Positions 1 through 9,045 of a DNA stretch of 32,000 bases are shown here, piece by piece. The stretch lies in the NCBI GenBank assembly GCA_963698135.1, contig CAVOPP010000012.1, positions 112,385 through 144,384 on the forward strand, in the 5' to 3' direction. A program made the position numbers and the translations under genes. Positions within the stretch are counted from its first letter, which is position 1; each line of letters starts with the position of its first letter. This DNA is from an uncultured Methanobacteriaceae archaeon (GTDB taxonomy: Archaea > Methanobacteriota > Methanobacteria > Methanobacteriales > Methanobacteriaceae). The notes beneath the pieces were generated by a model, which was given only the letters and a program-made list of their open reading frames with translations, was not told where the DNA came from and made no database searches.

Positions 1-829
1 AAAATCTTCTTTTTTTTGTTAAATACCCAAAATTAGCCCTATTATTTACTCGTTTAAAAATAGAACCATGGGTGGAAACATTTAGAGCTTGATTTTTAGA
101 ATTAACAAAGAGTGGGTCTTTTAATGATTTAATAGGCTTATTTTTTCTTTCCCTATCTATTAAATAACTTAATATGGCCTGAGTTGATTCGGGACTATTA
201 AAAGTGACATAATTTTTTCCAGTCCTATTTTTTGAAATTTTCCAGGTCCCAACAATTCCATCCATTTTAAAAACTTTATCAGCTATTTCAGCCACCTTGA
301 ATTTATCTTCAGGATTTAAATCGATGTATTCTTCTATTGAATTAATAAAATCACCATAGCTTAAATGTCTTAATTCAGTAGCTTCCATACCTGAAGACGT
401 GTGGAGTAAAATAATAGCTTTATCCCGCAAACAGCTTAATTCAAGAGATTCTTTAATTTGATGCGAGGATATAATCTCTTTTGGATTCAAATCGTCTGTT
501 TCTGGTGATATAATCTGATTAATACCTTCGGTATCAACATCAAATTCTTTATAAAATGCTTTAACTGTATCTACGTGATTAATAATAGTATTAAATGATT
601 TCCCACTTGTTTTTAGGTTATCAATGTAATCGTGAAAATACTCGTTAATTTTCGATCCTTTATTTTTCCGAGCTTCTTTAATTAATTCAGAAGGATTCAT
701 ACCTAAAAATTCACAAAAAGATCTTAACCTTCCAATATATACTCTTTCACTTGATTCAGAGAGCTCTCTACTTTTTATAAAATTTTCAAGATAGGGATCA
801 TTTGTTATTTTAATTTCCGGGTCCTGCAT
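1..829 (-). CDS. Tyrosine recombinase / phage-type integrase, N-terminal ~276 codons only (the C-terminal catalytic half runs off the left edge)
   Basis: Absent from the supplied ORF track because no stop lies inside the window. I checked every reverse-frame triplet from ATG (829-827) down to position 2 and found no stop. Translation: MQDPEIKITNDPYLENFIKSRELSESSERVYIGRLRSFCEFLGMNPSELI...LRDKAIILLHTSSGMEATELRHLSYGDF...GTWKISKNRTGKNYVTFNSPESTQAILSYL...LFVNSKNQALNVSTHGSIFKRVNNRANFGYL. It shows the SAM-like core-binding N-domain followed by the box-I-like segment and the 'K.gK...v.l......l..yl' strand typical of the family. Confidence 0.7.
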   Translation of the reverse strand, partial: MQDPEIKITNDPYLENFIKSRELSESSERVYIGRLRSFCEFLGMNPSELIKEARKNKGSKINEYFHDYIDNLKTSGKSFNTIINHVDTVKAFYKEFDVDTEGINQIISPETDDLNPKEIISSHQIKESLELSCLRDKAIILLHTSSGMEATELRHLSYGDFINSIEEYIDLNPEDKFKVAEIADKVFKMDGIVGTWKISKNRTGKNYVTFNSPESTQAILSYLIDRERKNKPIKSLKDPLFVNSKNQALNVSTHGSIFKRVNNRANFGYLTKKRRF

Positions 830-1058
830 ATTAACAAACCTTTTAATCAAACATTTATGTGATGTAATATTTGTAAAAAATTATATAAAATTATTTATTT
901 ATTATATTTTAAAATCATTTTCAATGGAATTCGAATTATCTTTTGTTATTTTCCAGACTTTATATAGTTTATTAGTAGGTTTGAAATCATTTGTAAAAAA
1001 ATAAAAAATAATAGTTTAAATCTTATCGATGTAGTTAGTTGCTTATATTGGATTAAAG

Positions 1059-1427
1059 TTAAGCAGCAGATTCCCCTTTAATAAGGACTCCTATAACTCC
1101 TCCAATTGCACCAAGTATGAAATCAATAATTAAAGCTCCGATTACAGTTACTGCAAAATTGGCTCCAGTTGGTACTAATACAGTAAATGCAGTTATAAAA
1201 CTGGCAAATGCGAAGTATGCAAGTATGGTATAAATAAGTCCACCTATACCGGCTCCAATTCCTCCGTTAATTGCTCCATCGCCTGTGGTACTGGTATATG
1301 CGTAACCTACTACAATTCCAGCTATTATTGGGGCTATGATAGCTATTAATCCTACATAAAATCCGAAGATTGCTAAAACTGCTGTAAGAACTATTGCTAT
1401 AACTATGGCCATTAGGTTTAGTTTCAC
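1059..1427 (-). CDS. Small Gly/Ala/Ile-rich integral membrane protein (about 4 TM segments), function unknown
   Basis: 122-aa ORF, almost entirely hydrophobic with GxxxG-like runs (GGIGAGIGGL, GAIGGVIG). GTG start at 1427 lies 4 nt after a GGAGGTGA ribosome-binding site. Confidence 0.5.
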   Translation of the reverse strand: MKLNLMAIVIAIVLTAVLAIFGFYVGLIAIIAPIIAGIVVGYAYTSTTGDGAINGGIGAGIGGLIYTILAYFAFASFITAFTVLVPTGANFAVTVIGALIIDFILGAIGGVIGVLIKGESAA

Positions 1428-1431
1428 TTTT

Positions 1432-1439
1432 TCACCTCC
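1432..1439 (-). promoter_or_regulatory. Shine-Dalgarno-like ribosome-binding site (GGAGGTGA) for the 1059..1427 ORF
   Basis: The plus strand reads tcacctcc. The reverse complement GGAGGTGA lies 4 nt upstream of the GTG start. Confidence 0.55.
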
Positions 1440-1717
1440 CTTTAAAAATTGATTAAATCGTTATTACTTGATAACTTTTTTTAGGAGAAATTGAACGCCA
1501 ATATTTTAATTATCTATGGAGGCAGTTCCATTTCTACAAATGCATGTATTTTACTCCATATAAATAGTTATTGAATTTAAATGTATGATTAAAAATATTA
1601 TTTAATCATATTCGGTGATGTTATGAACTTCTATAATTATTTAATTCTTCTATAAAAATAATATTAAATCTTATCGTGTGATATAATATATTATATAATG
1701 GTTTATAGGGGGAAAAA

Positions 1718-2389
1718 ATGTTAGAAAAAAAGTATAACATGCCAGAAAAAGGGGCGGCAGTTCAAAAGGATATGAAAACTTATGCTATAATACCGCATAT
1801 CCCTGGGGGATTACTTGAACCAGATGTTTTACGTAAAATAGCAGACATTGCAGAAAAATACGATGTTAAAATCATTAAAATGACTTCTGAACATCGAATA
1901 GGATTATATGGTATAAAAGAAGAAGATATTGATAATATATGGGATGATTTGGATATGGAACCTGGTGGTTTCATTGGAAAATGTGTAAGAGCCACTAAAT
2001 TCTGCACAGGAAATACTTCTTGTAAGAAAGGTTATCAAAACACTGTTAAAATGGGACTGATGATTGATGAAAATTTTCATAAGATGCAAACACCCCATAA
2101 AATTAAAATAGCCATTTCGGGTTGCACCAGTTCATGTGCTGAATCTACTGTGAGGGATATAGGTCTTATTGGAGCTCCGAAAGGATGGATAATGTTAGTA
2201 GGTGGAAGATGTGGGCTTCAAACCAAAAAAGGAAAAGTTCTAGCCAGAGATCTATCTGATGCTCAGGTAATTAACATTATTGGTAAAATAGTTGAGTATT
2301 ACCAAGAAAAGAACATAGAACAGAGAATGGCCCGGTTTATTGACATTATAGGGTTTGAAAAATTTTCTCAGGATATTTTAGAAAATTGA
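1718..2389 (+). CDS. Small nitrite/sulfite-reductase-like protein (siroheme/[4Fe-4S] domain, Dsr-like protein type)
   Basis: 223 aa. It carries the coupled-cluster cysteine signature CX5C...CX3C (FCTGNTSCKKG ... ISGCTSSCAES) that defines the siroheme-[4Fe-4S] site of sulfite/nitrite reductases. An AGGGGG ribosome-binding site lies at 1707-1712. Confidence 0.75.
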   Translation: MLEKKYNMPEKGAAVQKDMKTYAIIPHIPGGLLEPDVLRKIADIAEKYDVKIIKMTSEHRIGLYGIKEEDIDNIWDDLDMEPGGFIGKCVRATKFCTGNTSCKKGYQNTVKMGLMIDENFHKMQTPHKIKIAISGCTSSCAESTVRDIGLIGAPKGWIMLVGGRCGLQTKKGKVLARDLSDAQVINIIGKIVEYYQEKNIEQRMARFIDIIGFEKFSQDILEN

Positions 2390-2534
2390 TTTAAATTTTG
2401 AGGAACTCTTTTCATTATTTTTAAAAAGAGCAGAATATTAAATAATCTTGAATGAGGATATTTAATGTTCTATTCATCAAGTGCTAGATGAGAAAATTAG
2501 ATTTTTTCTATTTATAAAAAAAGAGTATTAACAT

Positions 2535-4265
2535 CTAATTATCCAAATTTTTGGGGAATGATGATTCATTATTACTTTCAGATTTATTTTTGTCCTGGGC
2601 AATGTTATTGAGCAGTTCCATCATGTCATAAATGATATCGGTAAAGATCTCTTCTCTTTCTAAAAATGTTTCTTCTAAACCTTTTTGCATATTAATATCA
2701 TTAACAATTCCCAGTAAACCAGTATATTCTTTTTTAGAATTAAAAATAGGAGAAACAGTTAAATTTGACCAGAATATGTTCCCTTTCTTATCTAAAAGTT
2801 TGAACCAGTCATATCGTTCTATTTGGGACTCAACATGTTTCCCAGACTTATAAAATTCCTCTTCTTCCCCAATAAAACTTTTTATAGACAGTTCTAACAT
2901 CTCATTTTTAGTATAATCCAACATTTGAGCCATATGCTCATTTAAATATTTAATTACACCCTTTTCATCTAAAATAAACATTCCGGCAGTGGATTTTTCA
3001 ACCATATACCGGTATCTTCTTTCACTATCTGCCAGTTCTTTTTCCATATTTTTACGTTCGGTGATATCAAGGTGAAGCCATAATCTGCCGTATGGTTTCT
3101 CTCCAACAAAAATGGGAACAAAATCTCGTAGACAAGTTTTTCCTCCTCTCATATGAATTTCTTCACCTATCACCGGTTTCCAAAGATTAACGATTTCTTG
3201 AATACGGTTTAACTCCTCGTCGGGAAATTGATAGGCACTTTTTATTTTTTTAATCATTTCAGATGCAGTGAGCCCTATTAATTCTTCTGGAGATTCCATG
3301 AGACTGAAATAGTCGCAAAACGATTGATTTGCGAATTCAATAGTATCTTTTTCTGTTACCAACAAAATACTGGCCCTTATATTATTTAAAATGGTGTAAA
3401 AACGTTTTAAAGTTGTTTGAAGTATATTTTCAGCTTTTTTAAGCTCAGTTAAATCAATAAGAGAAGCTATGCTTCTGGCTGTCCCAGGAATCATGGCCAC
3501 ATTAATTAAAATAATCTTAATATGGCCTTCTTTATTAACTAACTGAGCTTCATAATGTTCCGGTGGACTTTCTATACCTTTTCTGCGCATTTGGTGATAT
3601 TCTTCCATCATATCCAGATTTTCTGGAGGAACCATTTCTTTCCAGCTTATTTTACCCTCCACATTTTCCTTGGAATAACCTGAAAGTTTTTCAAACTGGC
3701 TATTGGCCATTAAAATGGTGGTATCCTCATCGATAACAATACTGGCCGTTCCAGTATTTTCAAAAAGGGTTTTATAAAATGCTTCTGACTCTTTTAATTG
3801 GTTTTCTACTATTTTTAAATCATTTATATCTTGCGCAGTACCCCTTACGCCAGTAATATTCCCTTTCTCGTCTTTTTTTGGTTTAGCTATTATATGGAGG
3901 AAACAGATAGAATTATCTGGTTTTATTACTCTTACATCAAATTCTACATCTTTCCCGGTTGTAATTACCGTTTGAGTGGCATTATGAAAATTATCCCAAT
4001 CTTCAGGATGTATTATTTTCTGATTATCATAATAATGTTTAAGCTGGTCACTTCCAGGCTCATATCCTACAATTTTATAAAGCCCATCAGTCCAGGTTCG
4101 ATCTAAAGTCACAGGATCCAATTCCCAAAAACCAAACCGGGCAATTGATTCTGCTTCATTAAATTTATTTTTAATGTCCTCTAATTCTGTTTCTAATCTT
4201 TCTATTTTTTCATTTCTAATTAATTCCAATTCCGGATTAAAAACTTTTCCTGTTTTATTAGTCAT
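2535..4265 (-). CDS. Multi-PAS-domain sensor protein (N-terminal coiled coil, about 4 PAS/PAC units, no recognisable kinase or output domain)
   Basis: 576 aa with repeated PAS-like blocks (e.g. FWELDPVTLDRTWTD...IHPEDW; FYKTLFENTGTASIVIDEDTTILMANSQFEKLSGYSKENVEG; RYRYMVEKSTAGMFILDEKGVIKYLNEHMAQMLDYTKNEM). The C-terminus is low-complexity and lacks the H-box/N/G1/G2 motifs. Confidence 0.8.
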   Translation of the reverse strand: MTNKTGKVFNPELELIRNEKIERLETELEDIKNKFNEAESIARFGFWELDPVTLDRTWTDGLYKIVGYEPGSDQLKHYYDNQKIIHPEDWDNFHNATQTVITTGKDVEFDVRVIKPDNSICFLHIIAKPKKDEKGNITGVRGTAQDINDLKIVENQLKESEAFYKTLFENTGTASIVIDEDTTILMANSQFEKLSGYSKENVEGKISWKEMVPPENLDMMEEYHQMRRKGIESPPEHYEAQLVNKEGHIKIILINVAMIPGTARSIASLIDLTELKKAENILQTTLKRFYTILNNIRASILLVTEKDTIEFANQSFCDYFSLMESPEELIGLTASEMIKKIKSAYQFPDEELNRIQEIVNLWKPVIGEEIHMRGGKTCLRDFVPIFVGEKPYGRLWLHLDITERKNMEKELADSERRYRYMVEKSTAGMFILDEKGVIKYLNEHMAQMLDYTKNEMLELSIKSFIGEEEEFYKSGKHVESQIERYDWFKLLDKKGNIFWSNLTVSPIFNSKKEYTGLLGIVNDINMQKGLEETFLEREEIFTDIIYDMMELLNNIAQDKNKSESNNESSFPKNLDN

Positions 4266-4435
4266 AGCATCAAACTTTATGATTTATTCCATTATATTGA
4301 TTAAAATTTATTAAATAGATTAATTATAACTTAGATTTGATATGATATATTATATAAATAAAATTTACAAATAATAAACAGTTAGTTTAATAGCAATATT
4401 TTTTATTATATTTTTATTAAATAATGGGGTAAAAA

Positions 4436-5500
4436 ATGGTTCCAGATATAAAAATGTCATCAGTAACTCCTTTGTTGATTCTTATTATTCTTTTCACTTT
4501 ATTGTCTTTTGGGATTTTAATGCCAATTATAACTCTCATTATTTTCGGAGCTATGATTGCTTTCCTTGTAAGACCTTTAGCTTTAAAAATCAAACCTTAT
4601 GTAAAATATGAAACTTTGGCCATCTTTTTGGCCATGGGTATATTAGCAGCGCCCTTAATTTTGATTATATATTTCACAGCAAGTCAAATTCTATTATTAG
4701 CCAGTGATATTGCACAAAGCATCAGTTTTTCAACAAATGGTACATTAAATGCAACAAACGGCACAGTAAATGCAACAAATTATAGTATGAATGCTGATGT
4801 TAAAAATCTAGGGCCTTTAGATAGCGCTGTAAGCTCCTTAGTAGATCAAATAGGCAAAATGATTGCTCAGTTTACGTTGTGGCTTGCCGGACAGATAGTT
4901 GGCATTATTGCTTACCTGCCCTCATTCTTGACTAATGTCATCATATTACTATTTTCAATATTTTATTTCGCTAAAGACGGTGATAAATTTGTTAAACTCT
5001 TAAAAGACATCCTTCCCCAGGATGAAACATTTAAAAAATTACACGTTCAAGTCAATGATATTCTCAAATCCATAATGATAGTAAATGTTATAGCAGCAGT
5101 TCTTCTTGGTTTACTATCTGTAATATTATATTACCTCGTTGGATATCCGTATGTTCTTCTCCTGGGAGTTTTAACTGCTTTTTCTGAGTTTATCCCAGTG
5201 GTAGGTCCCTGGATAGTTTACGGAACCCTGGGAGTCCTAAGTATTATCACTGGAAACTATGTTGTGGGGATTGTAGTTATTATATTTGGTTGGTTAATAG
5301 ACACCGTGGTGGACATGTACCTTCGCCCGAGGATGGCCTCCAAGTATACAGAAGTCCATCCCCTGGTTTTATTAGTAGGATTTCTATTTGGAGCCATTAC
5401 ATTAGGACTGCCTGGACTATTTGTAGGACCATTAATAGTTGGAATTGCCTATGTACTATACCAGGCCTACCGGGATGAAAAAGTAAATGAAAATGGTTAA
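4436..5500 (+). CDS. AI-2E family (PerM/UPF0118-type) membrane transporter
   Basis: 354 aa and polytopic. It shows the characteristic layout: N-terminal TM pair, a soluble loop, then FSIFYFAKDGDKF and the C-terminal TM bundle with EFIPVVGPW...RPR. Confidence 0.8.
   Translation: MVPDIKMSSVTPLLILIILFTLLSFGILMPIITLIIFGAMIAFLVRPLALKIKPYVKYETLAIFLAMGILAAPLILIIYFTASQILLLASDIAQSISFSTNGTLNATNGTVNATNYSMNADVKNLGPLDSAVSSLVDQIGKMIAQFTLWLAGQIVGIIAYLPSFLTNVIILLFSIFYFAKDGDKFVKLLKDILPQDETFKKLHVQVNDILKSIMIVNVIAAVLLGLLSVILYYLVGYPYVLLLGVLTAFSEFIPVVGPWIVYGTLGVLSIITGNYVVGIVVIIFGWLIDTVVDMYLRPRMASKYTEVHPLVLLVGFLFGAITLGLPGLFVGPLIVGIAYVLYQAYRDEKVNENG
4733..4795 (+). repeat. 3 x 21-nt in-frame tandem repeat encoding TNGTLNA / TNGTVNA / TNYSMNA (N-x-S/T sequon run) inside the transporter loop
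   Basis: ACAAATGGTACATTAAATGCA | ACAAACGGCACAGTAAATGCA | ACAAATTATAGTATGAATGCT, read directly from the sequence in the 4436 frame. Confidence 0.8.
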
Positions 5501-5595
5501 AATATCAATTTCAAATCTAATATGATTGATAAAAAATTTTTTATGGTTCTTATAATCAATAGTAACAGCGGATCTTTGTTTTATGGATATTATAA

Positions 5596-6063
5596 GTGAT
5601 AAAAATGGATAAAAAGGATAATAAGTCCAAAATTCGATATGATAATTCTAAAATTGAAAAAATTGATCGAAAACTTGTAATGCGGCTGAGAATCTATTTA
5701 ATTGTGATGATTACTATCTTTGCTGTAATAGTAATTGAAGTGGTACAAGGAAGGTTTATTATCCAATGGGCTTTAGTTGGGATACTTGTTGGTTTATTAG
5801 TTGGCACCATAGTCACCCGCATGTATAATCTGAGTTGGGATGAAGAATCTAATACAGTTGTTGGAAAAATGGATGGGATTGGTATAGTAATTCTAGTAGG
5901 TTATCTTATTTGGGAATTTACTAAATCAGATTTTTTGGGATATTGGGTGCAAGGATCTGTTCTATCTGCAATTCTTCTTGGTATTACTGCCGGTAGTATG
6001 CTAGCAAGGTTGGTGAGCAATAAACGCAGCATAGAACAAATTCTAATAGCCTTGGAAATATAA
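5596..6063 (+). CDS. Hypothetical membrane protein (4 predicted TM segments)
   Basis: 155-aa ORF with a Lys-rich N-terminus followed by hydrophobic helices. The start is ambiguous (GTG 5596 or ATG 5605). Confidence 0.5.
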   Translation: MIKMDKKDNKSKIRYDNSKIEKIDRKLVMRLRIYLIVMITIFAVIVIEVVQGRFIIQWALVGILVGLLVGTIVTRMYNLSWDEESNTVVGKMDGIGIVILVGYLIWEFTKSDFLGYWVQGSVLSAILLGITAGSMLARLVSNKRSIEQILIALEI

Positions 6064-6200
6064 TTTTTAATACATTCGAAATTCAGCACATAATTGATTT
6101 TTTATAATAAATATTTCAATGTAAATTAGTAATAATTGATTTGAATGTTTTCCCGGAAGTTTAGGTAAACAATATTAATCTTTAAAAACAAAATAAAACC

Positions 6201-7199
6201 ATGGTTTTAAAAAACTACATGCTATTTTTAGTTGTTTTATTTTTAATATTCTTATTTAATCCTGCTTCTGTCCAGGCTGTTAATGTTCAACCACCTTCCC
6301 AACCCCTCAGTGGTCCTGGAGGCTTGGATTACAACCATTCACAAATTATAACTTATTCTTATGGCCAGGGGGCCCAGCAGTACTGGATATTTGAACCGGC
6401 TTCTCCTAAACCTGATTCGGCCCCGATAATCGTTTTCAACCATGGTTGGGCTGCCACTAATCCTATTATCTACCAGGCCTGGATAAATCACCTGGTTAAA
6501 AAAGGAAATATAGTAATTTATCCCCGCTATCAAAACAACATCTTTGATTCTTCAGATAATTTCACTCAAAATGCCATATATTCTGTCAGGGATGCCTTAA
6601 AACAGCTCCAATCAGGTAATCACGTTCGTCCCCAGATTGATAATTTGGCCATTGTAGGACATTCTGCCGGGGGCATTATAAGTATAAATATGGCCGCCCG
6701 GGCATCTTCAGAAGGAATTCCAATTCCTAAAGCCGTTTTTTCGGTTGAACCAGGTAAATCCCGTTCCAGTGAAGATCAAATGGGCCCAGTAATGGAAAAT
6801 CTGTCTAATATATCCAGTAACACGCTTTTATTAACTCTGGCCGGAGATAAAGATGATATTGTTGGTAACAATGATGCTAAAAAGATTATTTCCGATACTC
6901 CCCAAGTACCTGCTGAAAATAAGGACTTTATAATTATGGTCTCTGATGAGCATGGAAGTCCAGCCCTGGAAGCTGATCACCTGGCCCCTCTGGCAGTTTG
7001 GAACTCTAATAATTTTACGGTGCTGGTTAATGGTCTGGATTATTATGGTACCTGGAAATTATTTGATGGACTTTATGAGGCGGCCTTTTATGGAAAAAAT
7101 AAGGAATATGCTCTGGGAAACTCTTCACAACAGAGATTTATGGGCTTGTGGAGTGATGGAAAGCCGGTTAAGGAGTTAATTATTCTGGATACCCCTTGA
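6201..7199 (+). CDS. Secreted alpha/beta-hydrolase (esterase/lipase-like)
   Basis: 332 aa. Signal peptide MVLKNYMLFLVVLFLIFLFNPASVQA, an oxyanion-region HGW motif (VFNHGWAAT) and a nucleophile elbow GHSAGG (G-x-S-x-G). Confidence 0.7.
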   Translation: MVLKNYMLFLVVLFLIFLFNPASVQAVNVQPPSQPLSGPGGLDYNHSQIITYSYGQGAQQYWIFEPASPKPDSAPIIVFNHGWAATNPIIYQAWINHLVKKGNIVIYPRYQNNIFDSSDNFTQNAIYSVRDALKQLQSGNHVRPQIDNLAIVGHSAGGIISINMAARASSEGIPIPKAVFSVEPGKSRSSEDQMGPVMENLSNISSNTLLLTLAGDKDDIVGNNDAKKIISDTPQVPAENKDFIIMVSDEHGSPALEADHLAPLAVWNSNNFTVLVNGLDYYGTWKLFDGLYEAAFYGKNKEYALGNSSQQRFMGLWSDGKPVKELIILDTP

Positions 7200-7808
7200 T
7201 TTTCTATTAATTTATTTTATTAATATTATTTTTTATTTCCTCAATATTATTCATGTATCCCACTTTACCGGTTAAATGGTTTTTATAATGAATTGCGATA
7301 AATTTATAAACAATTATTCTATTGGGGGTGGTCTTAATAATGATATTAACTGATTATTTTCACCTGATTTTGTTTATTTACCTTAATAATACTTTTTTTA
7401 ATAATTAAATGACTATTAGTAGTTAAAATCCTACTCCTCATTAAGATTATATATCTTGTTAAACAAAAGAAGTGTATAAAAAAATTTTAATAATTAAGTT
7501 TCGTTCCAAATTAATATAATTCGATTTTTAAATCATTTGTCTATATCACATAAAAACCCACTTGCCTTGTTTGATTTATAATAAAAATTACCATCATTAT
7601 AATAAAAAAGATTTAAGTATATAAATATGGAATTTTAAGTATAACCAACGAATAATTAATTTAATTCATAAAAAAATCTATATTCATGAAATTCCCACTA
7701 ATTATCTCATATAATTGTCCATAATAAATATTCAAAATATAACCTTAATATTAAAAGTAAGATCGTTTTAAACATTTTAATTTCTAATATTCAGTTTTAG
7801 GTGTACTA

Positions 7809-9041
7809 ATGAAAATAGCCGTTCTAGGTCTTGGTGTAGAAGGAAAAAAAGCTGTAAGATCTCTTAAAATTAGAGATTATGCTGTATATGCCAGTGACTT
7901 AAATGATGATCTTTCTCGGGAAGATTTAGATGAGATTTTAGATGAATCTGAATTTGATTTAGGTTTCCATGACATGGAAAAAATTCAATCTGCCGATGCG
8001 GTTATTGTCAGTCCTGGTTTATGGAAAAGCGACATGGCCATCCAGATCAAAGATTCTAAAAAAACTCTTCCTGATGTAATGCAAGCTCATAAATCTGTTT
8101 TCACCATTGGAGTTACTGGAACCAATGGTAAAACCACCACCACCTATATGATAAAGGAAATTCTGGAAAAGTCCGGCTTAAAGGTCCTGGTGGGTGGAAA
8201 TGCAGGAGGGGGATTTGAAGGATACACTGAAGTAGTCCTGCAATCCCATGTAGAAGAATACGACGTGATTCTGGTGGAAATTTGCGATATGACCCTGGAA
8301 TTTTGCGATCACTGCTTTGACATTGATATGGTGGTCCTAACCAACCTGGAAAGAGATCACATGGACGTGCACGGCTCTCTAGATAATTACCGCCAAAAAA
8401 TAGCTGGATTTTTAGAAGGAAAAAACGTTATTTTAAACAAAAACGATGTCCAGCTCCATGAACTTTCACAATCTGCCCAATCCTGTAATTTCTTCCAGGA
8501 ATGTGACAGTGAAATTCAGCTGGTTGGTAAATTCAATAAATTAAATGCTGGTGCTGCCCAGGCCGCTGCCCGGGTGCTGGAAATTGATGAACAGGTTATT
8601 GAGGATTCTTTAAAAGAATTCCATGGGATTGAAGGCCGTATTAAATCTTATTATATTAATGAAAGTGAAATATTCGCTGGTAAAACCGATAATGCCCATG
8701 CCACCGCGGTGGTACTGGAAGAGAGAAAATTTCAGGCGGTTTTCCTGGGAACCCCCCGAAAAGACGAACCCTGGAGACTGGAGATACTGGACGAAGTTTC
8801 TAAATATGAACCAGAAGTTGTGGTTCTTTTCCCAGGCCTTGAAAACACAGTTGATCAAGCATTGGAACGATTAAAATGCCTGGATTTTAAAGGTAAAATA
8901 TTAACTATTGGTGAATCAGATAAATTACTGGAAATGATTATGAAAATGACTGAGGATTATAAATACATATTTATTGGCGGTAATGGCCAGAATAAAATTC
9001 TGGAAATTCAAAAAAAGCTTGATATAATGGCTAAAAGTTGA
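7809..9041 (+). CDS. Mur ligase family protein, MurD-like architecture (candidate pseudomurein peptide ligase)
   Basis: 410 aa. N-terminal Rossmann-like MKIAVLGLGVEGKKAV, P-loop GVTGTNGKTTTT, LTNLERDHMDVHG (the TN..DHLD motif) and a C-terminal FHGIEGR block. An AGGTG ribosome-binding site precedes the ATG. Confidence 0.8.
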   Translation: MKIAVLGLGVEGKKAVRSLKIRDYAVYASDLNDDLSREDLDEILDESEFDLGFHDMEKIQSADAVIVSPGLWKSDMAIQIKDSKKTLPDVMQAHKSVFTIGVTGTNGKTTTTYMIKEILEKSGLKVLVGGNAGGGFEGYTEVVLQSHVEEYDVILVEICDMTLEFCDHCFDIDMVVLTNLERDHMDVHGSLDNYRQKIAGFLEGKNVILNKNDVQLHELSQSAQSCNFFQECDSEIQLVGKFNKLNAGAAQAAARVLEIDEQVIEDSLKEFHGIEGRIKSYYINESEIFAGKTDNAHATAVVLEERKFQAVFLGTPRKDEPWRLEILDEVSKYEPEVVVLFPGLENTVDQALERLKCLDFKGKILTIGESDKLLEMIMKMTEDYKYIFIGGNGQNKILEIQKKLDIMAKS

Positions 9042-9045
9042 TAAC

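Noticed and set aside
1016-1676. The 13-bp direct repeat ttaaatcttatcg (1016-1028 and 1664-1676) flanking the small membrane-protein gene next to the integrase, as att sites.
   Set aside because: In AT-rich sequence of this length, many 12-13-bp chance matches are expected by a rough estimate. The enclosed 650 bp is too small for an element and the integrase lies outside it.
1780-2098. Minus-strand ORFs 1780..2007 and 1904..2098 inside the sulfite-reductase-like gene.
   Set aside because: They are antisense shadows of a gene with a diagnostic Cys motif, and they have no features of their own.
7268-7279. The 12-mer ccggttaaatgg just downstream of two plus-strand genes (7268-7279 and 19469-19480), plus ggttaaat in the 14053 hairpin, as a shared 3' motif.
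   Set aside because: The match is short and within chance expectation for this window, and there is no extended flanking similarity.
7340-7408. A 22-codon mini-ORF (MILTDYFHLILFIYLNNTFFNN) preceded by GGGGGTGG, in the 609-bp leader of the ligase operon, as a leader peptide.
   Set aside because: Short AT-rich ORFs arise easily by chance. There are no codon-run or attenuator-like alternative structures, so it is untestable from this sequence alone.
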